Shown here piece by piece: positions 26,150 through 37,252 of a DNA stretch of 64,000 nucleotides. Under the pieces are notes generated by a model. That model saw only the letters and a list, made by a program, of their open reading frames with translations. It had not been told where the DNA came from and ran no database searches. Each line of letters begins with the position of its first letter. The stretch's first letter is position 1. The position numbers and the translations under genes are program-made. The DNA is from Eukaryota sp. GEM-RC1. Its lineage: Eukaryota. The stretch spans positions 1,860,001-1,924,000 of the forward strand of contig JAUFOQ010000010.1 of the NCBI GenBank assembly GCA_040285855.1. The letters are read 5' to 3'.

Positions 26150-26530
26150 TTTTCAATGTCAATGCGGCTTTAGTTTACGAAGAGACTGTAGCTTGAGCAA
26201 GTTGACCTTGAGTTAGTTAGTAATGAACACACCAGTGTTATCAACACCAATACTCCACACTTGATCTTTGTTCAGTAGCACTGTAGTATCTCTGAATCTT
26301 CTCGCAACAAACTTGACATTGCGTTACAGAAACAAATCAATAGAAGGCGGGGTGGGATAAGACTGACCTTGTGGGAGGAAACAAGTGTTAGAAGGAGACA
26401 CCACACCGCTGTCAGTGTGATGATCGTCCCCTTTGAGAGCGGACCTGATAGAATCAGGTTTCATATTATGTTTTCAAAAGTAGATTGGAAAAGTAAATTT
26501 GATGTGAGAATCTACTTCCCAGAGAGTGAT
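26150..26530 (-). pseudogene. Deleted paralog remnant of the RCC1 membrane-protein gene
   Basis: 26200-26280 resembles 22711-22795, including a 26-nt version of the intron. 26458-26525 resembles the upstream region 24471-24535. Confidence 0.6.
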
Positions 26531-27399
26531 CTGACAATTTGTCATTCGTTTTTTCACAACGTCTTGCTGCTGTTTGGACCATCTAGACTAACTCATATGA
26601 CACTCGTTCATCGACCATGACGAAGTCTCCAATACTTATTATCGAAATGATTCATATCTATGATAATCACTAACTTACTGTAATTCTCCCCGTTTGGTTA
26701 ACGGTTGAACTCTTATGATGATAGGTAGCAAACAGATTCTTCTTCAATTCATCACGGAAGTATATTCCGCTCCAACAACGGGACAGAACATGTAGGAAAG
26801 ATGCTTGTTCTTTAAGTTCTTCATCACAGCTTCATATCAAGATTTGAATTTCTCAGTTTCACTTAAATGCGACTCTTCGTCTTTCACAGCAAATCTTTCA
26901 TTAGAAGTTTTGCAAAGATCTACTGAAGTATTATCGACAACAAACATTGAACTATTTTGGCCAGGAAAAGTAATGTCAGAACGATGCTTTTCATAAACCT
27001 CAATGTTATAATTAGTCAAACTGAAATCATCGCATCAGAAATCTTTCTAAAAAAGTACGATTTACGCATTGAAAATATTTGATCTCGAACTGTTCTATGT
27101 ACAACCGACACGTTCACCTTTAAACGACAGCAATTGAATAGCTGAGTGGGTGAAATTCTCTGACGACACTTACAAATTATATTTCTAGAAACATCACCGT
27201 GCCAAATGCAGCTGTATGAGATGCTTTGTATGCTTTGTATGCGTGCAAAGTTGCACTACAAGCATAGTAAAGGGTATGCTTGAAGAGTTTATAAGCTTGC
27301 ATGAATTGGGACCTCGACGATATACATATATATGAAGAAACATAAACTAACTAAAACAATACAAACGACCAGTACTTAAAACACATTAAACGAAAGACA

Positions 27400-27960
27400 A
27401 TCATTCGGTACACAAAAGGTAACATTTCTACAAAAATAAGAATATGTAAAAACATATAAATACTAGGACTAATTCCAAACGAATTCATCCCTCTGTGGAA
27501 AAAGACTATAATTTTTCACATTATCCGTCACACCAAACTTATTAAGTTTCTAAACTTATTGAGAGAAATAGAAAGCATACTCCGATAAATGGAAAACTCA
27601 ATATGACTTTCCATTCAGAAATTCTGAACTTACTCTTATTTACTTACACAGTTCTTCAAAATTCTTGAAAAATTGCTCACCTGAACGACTAGTCGATCCA
27701 AAAAGACAAACAAGAAAAGATTGGAACACAAATTTGAAACATGATTTTTCATTTAATTCTTCTACTTGAGAGTCATACTATGAATGCATGAGTTTTTCAA
27801 CAGCTATTAACGGATTAAAAGAAAAATCCAATATCACACTAAAACAGAGTCTGTTACAAACATCGACTAAGGTACAAGACATTAATGTCTGACTCAATTT
27901 AAGCCACGGAGTATGACAATCCCCTCCTTTTGGTTCTGAAAATGGCCTTTTGAAATGTGA
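27400..27960 (-). mobile_element. Degenerate 3' fragment of an RLE non-LTR retrotransposon (same family as 31773-34487)
   Basis: Shares CATACTCCGTGGCTTAAAT.GAGTCA and downstream coding sequence with 33958-34400, plus the 3'-terminal motif at 27401-27434. Confidence 0.8.
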
Positions 27961-28519
27961 AACAAATTATTAACATTTCATTCTTCTACTAAAATTTGAT
28001 TGCTCAAATACTGGATCTCAACTTCTAGTCAATGTCTCATTGAATACCGAAAAGTCCGTCAAGTTCTTCACTTTACATTTTGATGTTCAAGTAATCTACG
28101 TGAGCAGTTCAGAGGTATTTCTCCAAATTGTCAATTGACTTTTTCATTTTCGTGCCAAGTTTATGGTCTCACTGTTAAACACTGTTCCTGATTTGATGCA
28201 CTTATAAATAGAATTGTTTTCATCTTAATTTAAAAGTTCATTATTTTTGTTCAGTTTCATTTCACAAAATCGAAGAGTAATTTTAACTTACATGAATATA
28301 TAGAATTTGGTACTGATTTCATGAAACATTTAACTCTAACTACAGTAAACTCTACCATAACTTTAACTGTAATACTTTGACAGATTTTCTACAATTTACT
28401 GGTGTTGGATTCACTCAACATTGACTCGTAGCATATTTTTAAAATATGTGCAACTACGAGTCAAAAAATATTAAATATTACCTACTTATTTTTATGTGGT
28501 CACAATCACTGTTTTTGAA

Positions 28520-28810
28520 CATAGCTGTCCATTACGTCAAGACACTCTGTAATGACGTCATGACAAATTAATATGTCATGACAAACGTAACATCGTTAAA
28601 TCGTTCAACAGTGTAGTTTTTGACAATTTTGATATACAATCAATAGTAAAGCATGCTAATCAACACAGGGAAGTAGGTAGCCAATTGAGTTTGCATAAGA
28701 CTGTTTTACGTTGTATCTGTATTTTGTTTCACCCACATCTATTTTTCAATTATGGGTGTAATGATGTAATGAATGTCATGACAGTGAAGTTGGTGTCATG
28801 GACAGCTATG
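28520..28810. mobile_element. hAT-type MITE (291 bp)
   Basis: TIR CATAGCTGTCCAT / ATGGACAGCTATG. TTTTGAA is duplicated on both flanks (7 of the expected 8 bp; homopolymer). Subterminal GTCATGAC motifs. Confidence 0.8.
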
Positions 28811-28959
28811 TTTTGAATCTTGACATCTGGTACAATGTTAGTCAGATTTAACTGGAAATTTTGAACCACCACAATTCAATCTCCTTTCAGATGAAATCCT
28901 ACACTAGCTACAGTTGTAAACCACATCTTTACAGTAACAACATGGTTTTTTAGAAGAAC

Positions 28960-30387
28960 ATGTCAATGGAACCCGAACCCAATCTGATCTCGTTTTATAA
29001 GAAGATTGAAGCTGATGGTCAACTAGCTGTCAACTACATCAAACCGTGTTTCACCAACATCTGTTTCTTCACATTCTTCCTGTTCATCATCATTTACTTC
29101 TTCTTGAACATCCGCCCTGATTGCAAACCAGTTCTTCAAGGCCTTCAACTAATTGAGGATGGAGGGAAGCCACAGCTCGAGGTCTTCTTCAAAGACGAAA
29201 GCCGTGATCTCAGAGTGGAAGCTGTGAAGAACTACGTTGAAAACCTTCTTGAAGACATTGATGTTGACATTGTCGTTGCTGAACTGAGCTACAATCAAGG
29301 AAAACAACTCGGTCGCTACTTGATCTGTCTATCAACTGAGTGCTGTACTAAGTGCATCAATCTCAAAGTGAAATTCTCAAGGGGAGACTTATTTGAAGAG
29401 CTTTTCAACACTTTGGAAGACTGTGTCTTTGAGCTATGCGAGGATCAAACTGGTGCTCAAGAAGCCGTTGACCGCTGCTTGGAAGATATTGAGCTGCCTG
29501 ATGATATCACGGTATCCGCCTCTGTTGTAGGAGACCAGCTTCAAGTTTGTGTTACCCATAATAACAACAATGACGCCGAGGTGTGTCAGTTATTTGACTT
29601 TGAATCTCCCATTCAAACAGCTATTGATCTTCATTCCACTACTGTTCTCTCTCCCCAAGATCCCAATGGACCACGTGAGGATGCTGTTCAAGAAGCTATA
29701 GACGAACTCCTCGAGTTCCATAATGTAGATATTAACGCTACTGTTGAGGAGGAGCTCGATTTCAATGAAGATACCGGTGTGGGATCGTATAATGTTACTC
29801 TTACAACTGAACATTGTACTAGTGAAGTAATCGTAGTAGCTGCATTTACTCCTGATGAATTTACTGGACAAGACTTCATTGATCAACTGAAGACTTGTTA
29901 TAATGAGGTTGGTTTCTTACTTCAGATATGTGATGATACTGATGACCAGGCAATCAGAGATGCTGTGGAGGACTTGATTACTGAGTGTGTTAGTCCTCTT
30001 CCTATCCCTAATTATGACCTTGGACTGTTAGCGGATAACACACAAGTTGAAGTTTGTGTAAATGGTGTGTGTGAGATCTTCAATCTGGTGTTTCCTGATA
30101 TTTCTGATGCTGTAGCTGCAATCCAAGAATGTGATGACGAGGGTTTCTTTGATCCTGTTATTGTGACTGCTCCCGGTGTTCCTTTCCAGGAATTAGCTGT
30201 TAAAATGGCTGCTGACCAGTGCTTGATCAGTAAAGGCCACCCTGGATCTAATGGGGTAGTTCAGATTGGTGTCAGCTCTGTTCCAGTCACAGGAGGTCCT
30301 GGTAGGATCTTTACTGTACATCTTACTGTTTGTGGTGATGATGACTCTGTAGTGCTTTCCAATGTTGTGATTCAAATGCAGATCTAA
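28960..30387 (+). CDS. Acidic, Cys-rich type II membrane protein with repeated ~80-aa alpha/beta modules
   Basis: Intact 475-aa ORF with N-terminal TM (ICFFTFFLFIIIYFFL). Recurrent pattern AVxxxxxxLLxxxxVDI...YxVxLxTExC. Confidence 0.8.
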   Translation: MSMEPEPNLISFYKKIEADGQLAVNYIKPCFTNICFFTFFLFIIIYFFLNIRPDCKPVLQGLQLIEDGGKPQLEVFFKDESRDLRVEAVKNYVENLLEDIDVDIVVAELSYNQGKQLGRYLICLSTECCTKCINLKVKFSRGDLFEELFNTLEDCVFELCEDQTGAQEAVDRCLEDIELPDDITVSASVVGDQLQVCVTHNNNNDAEVCQLFDFESPIQTAIDLHSTTVLSPQDPNGPREDAVQEAIDELLEFHNVDINATVEEELDFNEDTGVGSYNVTLTTEHCTSEVIVVAAFTPDEFTGQDFIDQLKTCYNEVGFLLQICDDTDDQAIRDAVEDLITECVSPLPIPNYDLGLLADNTQVEVCVNGVCEIFNLVFPDISDAVAAIQECDDEGFFDPVIVTAPGVPFQELAVKMAADQCLISKGHPGSNGVVQIGVSSVPVTGGPGRIFTVHLTVCGDDDSVVLSNVVIQMQI

Positions 30388-31579
30388 TTGGATTTACTGT
30401 TTTTCATTCTTCAATAAAACGTGTGTGTGATGTTCACGAATCAAATATATTCAATAATCAGCTTCTAGTGGCTGTCAAATTGAATTTATTATACATTATT
30501 TTTAAAATATTTTAACAAACAAAACAATTGCACTTAAAGCAACGTCTACTACTGTTCACCAATTTGCTTTGTTCAAAGTAGAATTGAATCCTTCAGAAAG
30601 CTCTGTCACGTGATGCACTAGAATAAAATCTTAAAATCTTAGAATAAAATTTTAGAAAAATATTGTGAAGATTGAAAAAAACAATATCTAGTTTTCGTAT
30701 GCTCTTACTTTTAAAACTTTTTTCAAGAAATCGAAGGGAGCTCCCTAATGTTAAAGGTATATAGACCTGTGTTTCTAGCGTTTTATATTGCGTGTTATGT
30801 GTGTTTTGTTATTTTTTTTACCTGTTTGAATACACAAAAATGATGACAAAACATATGCCGATGAGCTGCCAAAGAGAACTATGTTATCAAAGACAAATTA
30901 TTAAATAAATTAAAACAGTTCCTTCTTTTTTAAGAAGTTGGAATATATATGAAGTTGAAGCTGAAATGTAACAGAGTACCCACTTGTAGCAGAGTTCAAT
31001 ATATTTTGATAGTTTGATGGAACAAGCAAAAATTAACTAATGCCACGAAGAGAACAACTGCTCCAAGATGTAATATGCCATCTGTTTGTACAACATTTAT
31101 CGTAATCACGTTATAATGTTGAATAATATCCGTTCAAAAGAACAACCAAAACAAGTGTTTTCAATACTTGTCTGAATAACGTATTACTATCACGTCATCA
31201 TATAAATGGATACTCAAATATTTGATTCATTCAACAATTTGAGCTATTGTATGAAAAACACAGTATCACACTTTGAGTATGCAATCAAAAGAAAATTGTT
31301 CACCAGTCAAATTTCCGAAGACCGTGTTATAATTTATGATCTGTGAAGTTTGAAGAACACTGTAGTTCTAGTTTGTCAATTTGCATTTATGCTCTTTGAT
31401 AGAAGACACACGTAATCACAATCAAAATTAGTAAATGCCATATATAATACAATTTTAAAGAACTGAACTGACACTACTAGCGTCAAGTAATTTACCTTCA
31501 ACTAGCAAAAAGACATTGTTTAGTTCTTGAAATAGCAACGGAGAGCTCATCGTATTTTGATTGATTTGATTAAGTCTAC

Positions 31580-34500
31580 AGAAATACAATCCTTCTAATG
31601 TACATTCTCACTTTTATTACCAATAAAATTACCCCAAAGATCAATTTAAGAAATTGAAGAATTAACTTTCGATTATTCTGCTAAGGCATTTGCACTGGAA
31701 TTTATATATGAATTATAACATTGCTCTTACATTTTGAAGAGGAATTAAGTCAAAGAGAATCAACTGTTCTCAGTATGACACAAATTTTACGTGGTGGAAT
31801 TTGGAATCCCGCACCTTTTGGCGATATATGTTGTCAATTGTTAAGAAATCCAATAGAAAAATTAAACCTGTTCTTAAGTCTCAAGTTAGTGATAAGTTTA
31901 TTGCCAAAAGATTTCAAAATCTTGTTTTACGAGGTCAGTTTTCTTCTGCTTTGTCCTCCCTTAATCACACACTTCCAGCTGAAGTTTCTGTTGAAACTGT
32001 TGAAAAACTGAAAAAAATACACCCTGTTGAAGAATTTTCAGGTAATCCGGTTTTTGGTGAGCTTTCTATGTCGTACTGGACTAACAAACCTGTTTTAGTT
32101 GATGAAATTTTACAATTAATTTCGTCATCCCCTTCTGGTCGTGCTGCTGGTCCTTCTGGTATGAATTTTGATCATTTTAAAATTGCCGTTAATGCTGTTC
32201 CTGAAATTTGTGAAGATCTTGCTGTTTTCTTTAATGAAGTTTTATTAGGCACAAAGAAATTACCTCATGCTCTTTGCTCTTCTAGATTAGTGGCTTTAAA
32301 CAAACCAAATGGAGGTGTGAGACCAATTGCAGTGGGTGAAACAATTTCTCGTATTTTTTCAACTTTGTGCTTTAGGAGAGTGAGAGATTCCTCTGTTAAA
32401 TTCTTTAGACCGTTTCAATTTGCAGTTGGAGTTCCTGATGGTACTACGTGTGCTGCTTTAACCTCTGATTTTCTTTTTCATTCAAATGAGGAAAATGCCA
32501 TTTTGAACATTGATTTTAAAAATGCATTTAATTGTGTTTTAAGATCAACTATATCTGACGAACTTTCTAAATTTTTTCCTCAGTTGATTCCCTATTTTAA
32601 TATTTTTTATGGTAAAGCGTCGAATTTAATTTATGACGAGTTTGATATTAAATCAACTAGAGGGGTTAAGCAAGGTGATCCTTTGGGTCCTTTTTTGTTT
32701 TGTCTCGCTCTGCAAAAATTATTTAAAATCATACAATTAGAATTTCCAACTGTTAAAATTTGTGCTTATGCTGATGATTCTTCGCTGATCGCTCCAGTTG
32801 ACATTCTCAAAAGTGTTTTTCACGTTTCATCGAACTTTCTTTGAGTATTGGTTTAACAATCAATTTTGATAAGTGTTTTCTTGTTGTTAAGTCTTCGAAT
32901 GTTTCTAATCTTGGTTTTTGTAATATTACTATCATCGATTATTCTACTCAATGTTTTCGTTTCCTTGGCACGTTTTTAGGAAATTATGAGAAAATTCATT
33001 CAGAATTGGAGAGTTCATTAACTACAATTGAAGAAAAACTAAATCAAATATCATCTTTAGATGTGAGCAAACATGTTTCCTTTGCTATGCTTCAGGTCTG
33101 TTTTTCTGGGAAAATTAATCATTTTTTACGTTCATTAGACTATTCCATTACTGAAACATTTGCCAAGAAATTTAATTCTATTAGAACAAATTTTCTCTCT
33201 AACTTGGCTGAAATTGATGAGTCTAAGATTCCATTTCATACTTTTTATTCTTCTGAATTCGCAGGAGTAGGTTTCACTCATGCAAAAATCATTAGAAAAT
33301 CTGCTCTTTTAGGAGGTGTTAAGAATTTTATGTTTGAATTTTTGAAACGGTTTCCCTTGGATGGAATCAATCTGTTGAATTCCAGTAATTGCCGTTGGAT
33401 TCAATCTGCTAAAGATTTGGTATCATCTTTGTCTCCTGAAATGTGGGAATCTTTGTTCCCTGCTCATTTGAAGGAGACTCCTTTAAAAATATTTCATCTC
33501 TACCATCTGCTGTATGTAAGCTGCAAAATAAATTGACAAGGAGTTTGAACTCTTGGACTTTAATAATCGTATTAGCTTGGCTAAAACTAATAGTCCCGAG
33601 TTCGCTTCTTTTTTAATTGATCTTTGTAATAGTGGATTTTCTGGATTTATTTCTCAAATTCCAAAGGTGTATGGATTACATCTATCTGATGAAGCTTGGA
33701 TGATCAATATGCGTCTTCGTTTGGCTATTTGGCCTGCAAATTTATTAAACTATTCAACGTGCTCTTGTGGAGCTAATGGTGTTTTTCGTCATTTAATTAA
33801 TTGTCGTTATTTTATTCATCTCCGTGCAGTAATTCATGATGGTGTACGTGATTCTTGTTATTCCATGTTTAAATCACATGGTTTTCACTCTAAAGTTGAA
33901 CCAGTTTTGAATCATCTTTCAGAAAATGAATTTACTGATCAAAAAAGAGGGGATCTACATACTCCGTGGCTTAAATCGAGTCAATCATTAATGGATTTTA
34001 CTACAGTAGATGTATGTAACAAATCTTGTGTTAGTAGGATATTAGATTCTTCTTTTAATCCATTAACAACAGCTGAAAAGCTCAAACACTCCAAGTATGA
34101 CTCTCAAGTAGAAGAATTAAATAGAAACTCATATTCCAAATTTGTGTTTCAACCTTTTGCTGTTTCTCTTTTTGGATCTATTAGTCCTGCTGGTGATCAA
34201 TTTTTCAAGGATTTCGAAGAATTGTGTAAAGAAAAGAAGCGTAAGTTTAGAATGGCTGAATGGAAAAACCGTATAGTGTTTTCCATATATCGGAATATGC
34301 CTTTCTATTTCTCTAGATTAATTGAGAAATTGTACAAGTTTGGTGTGAAGGTTAATGTTGATAAACGTAATCTTTTACCGGGTGGTGATGAAGTCGTTTG
34401 GATTTAATCTTAGTATTATTTGGTTGTTTTTACAATTTCATAGTTTGTAGGAAGGTTACCTTATTGGGTGCCGAATAAACATTTCTCACTGTTCTCAAGA

Positions 34501-36300
34501 AATCTGTATCAGACAAATCACAATAAGATAATTCAAGATAAGTAAGTGAACAATTGACGATTAACAAACCACATAACACTGCCAAAGCATCGTCAGTAAA
34601 ACGACATCCTTGTAAGATGAGTTCTTTAAGACCAAAGGAACGTAGAACGGCAGTAAGGGAGGTGGATTGTTTGGAAGAAAAAACCCGTCACAACACGTCC
34701 TTTTCAACACCAATTCAGTGGAAACAAATATCAACATCTATAACTGATTTGATTTGTGAAGAGAAAGAAGTTTAAACGTAGTAATAAGTTCTTCTATATT
34801 TTCAGTTTTCAATTGTTTTTGAATAGGGAAATTAAAAATCAAAGCATCCTCAAGTGAAATCAAGTCATGGTCAGCAAGTTCATCATAAAAAATAGTTCCC
34901 GTAGAAAAATCAATCCAATGAGAATCAACGTCAATAATTGGTCGTAAAAACTGATTAAAATTAGCGAAAAGACCGTCGAACTTAATGCCATTGTTACTCA
35001 GATTAATCATTATTAAAGCAACTGGATCAAAAGGCGATTGGGTACGAGAAAACAGCAACGGAAAGGTGCTTGAAACGAAAGGAATTGTCACGAGAGCGGA
35101 AGTAATCAAAAGAATATGATGATGGTATAGGTAGTCTTTGGCCACCGAAGTCAACCGAAGTCAATCAATTATTAGCACTGGTTCAGTCACACAAAATAGC
35201 AATAGTCTCAGTCATCAAGCGAAACCTTTTAAGAACAAGCTTTTGATACCAAATCTAACTACAATTGATCGTAGAGATGATACAGTATATTAACATCTAT
35301 TTGAGTAGAACTTCCTTCAAAACGGAACACTCCTTCTTTAACGTCAATAAAGTGGGGTTGAAAATCAATTGAAAAGGGAAGTTGCTCTGCACACACTGTT
35401 TCACAATCACACACAAAAGAGCTCAAACTCTTGGAACTATCTGGCAGTAAAACTTTCTGGATTACTGATTTGTTGTAGATCATCCACAAACATTTCAAAT
35501 TGAGTGGATTCCAGCATAAAACCGTCAACATTTACAAAAAGCAAAGTCTTGTTGATTCGTAACATTGTACATAAAGCTTCGACTTCTTGACTTTTGAAAG
35601 GATCTTCTTCAAAACTAGCATTAACAATCAGTTCCTTCAAAGAAGAGCACGACTCAAGAGAATTAGAAATTGGTGAAAAAGAGATGTCGGTGGATGTTAT
35701 TTTGCTTGTCAGTCGTTTTAAAACCGTGTTATGTTTTAAAACATTAGAAATCCAGTAGCATCAAAGAAACCGCTTAGCTTCAACTCTTGTAAGGCTGAAT
35801 TCTGTTCAAGGGATTTCATAACAAAAAATTCATCTTCTTTAAACGGTAGAATTAGTTTTCTAATACTGGAACTGCTGAAAAGAGGAGCGAAAATATCATA
35901 AGTAATACAAGGTATTGACAAGTTAACTTCCTGCATATAGTTGCAATTAGCAAGAGCAGGAATTATTGAGGAGAAAGAATTGTCATGTAAAAAAGGACCA
36001 TTTGAGGCTGAAAAAGAACTTTCTCAAACGACACTTACTGGAAGAGACAATCTAAGTTAAAAGATCAGCTTGGGTTGGGGTAGACAGATGAATGTCTAGG
36101 GCTTCAATGGTGACACTTTCCCAGATAAACTTGGCGGTGACGTCATCAAAGCTGACGTTGGAAGGTGAAAGGTCCTGCCGACCAAGTGAAAGTTGTGTGA
36201 GATTGGGTAAGAACAGTGGACCTTGTGGATCGAAGAAATCATTGGAAAGAGGAAACTCACTAGCTACAGTAGGCTAATGTTGTGGATGATTGAAGTAAAA
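31580..36300 (-). pseudogene. RNI-like LRR gene paralog, degenerate and split by a non-LTR insertion
   Basis: Fragments at 34500-36300 and 31580-31772 align with the gene at 37253-39870. Many stops. Ends are approximate. Confidence 0.8.
31773..34487 (+). mobile_element. 5'-truncated non-LTR retrotransposon with RT and restriction-like endonuclease (CRE-like clade)
   Basis: RLVALNKPNGGVRPIAVGE, IDFKNAFN, GVKQGDPLGPFLF, AYADD, CSC...HLINC, IHDGVRD, RGDLH...DFT...KHSKY. 10-bp TSD ACTGTTCTCA at 31763-31772 and 34488-34497. Two frameshifts. Confidence 0.92.
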
Positions 36301-37252
36301 GGTCTTGATTCATAATATTGGTTCTGTATATGCAAAACTGTGTTTACAATGTTTTACTCGACAGTTTAACACTTCTCAACATGTTTTAATTGGAAATATA
36401 TAACTATTTAAAATGTTCCACTGATTTTTCCGTTTTCATTCTTTATTGAACTGCTGTAATGCTGGCAGAACTTGTTGCTCATGATGAGTCAGAATTAAAC
36501 AAATTCGAAAATTTGACTTTACAAGTGTCTCTGCCATTAATTAAACAACCTCGACTAGCGATATTCCCTAATTTTTTAGGAGTTTTTGGTCAAAATGTGA
36601 AAATGTCCAGTTTGATGTCGTTTTATTCCCATTTCGAATCAACAAAACCTTGTAAAATTTTGAAGTTTTCGTTATTAAACAATATTTGGACAGATATTAA
36701 TCAATCAATTGATGAATATTTCAAATATTGTGATGCAAATAGATCATTGTTTTTTGACTATGATTCATGTTTTGGTCTCGTTGATAACCTGTACATTGCT
36801 AATCAAAATGTTGTTTTAAAACTTCATTGTACTGGGTTTACTCAACTACCTTCCCAAATATTTAAAATATGATCAAGTGATTGTCCCAAGTATTTTAAGT
36901 GTTCCGATGATTTCATGGCAATATGCTCACAGTTTAATATTCAATGTCCTAATTCCAATACATTGAACAATCAAATCCCGAAAAACTCGTATTATAATTT
37001 ATAATCTGTGTGTGAAGTTTGAAGAACACCGTAGTTCTAGTTTGTCAATGTGCATTAACCCTCTTCCATAGAAGATCACGTGATCATAATCAAAATTAGT
37101 AACGATCAGATGTATGGTAAAATTTTGAAGAACTTTACTGACATTATTAGAGTGGAATCATTTATCTACAACTAGCAAAAATAGATTGATAAGTTCTTAA
37201 AAAACAACTAAAAGCTCATCGAATTTTGACTGATTTGATTAATTCTAGAGAA

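Noticed and set aside
36459..36872. 137-aa ORF between the LRR genes
   Set aside because: No motif or paralog I can recognise; cannot be supported as a gene without expression data.
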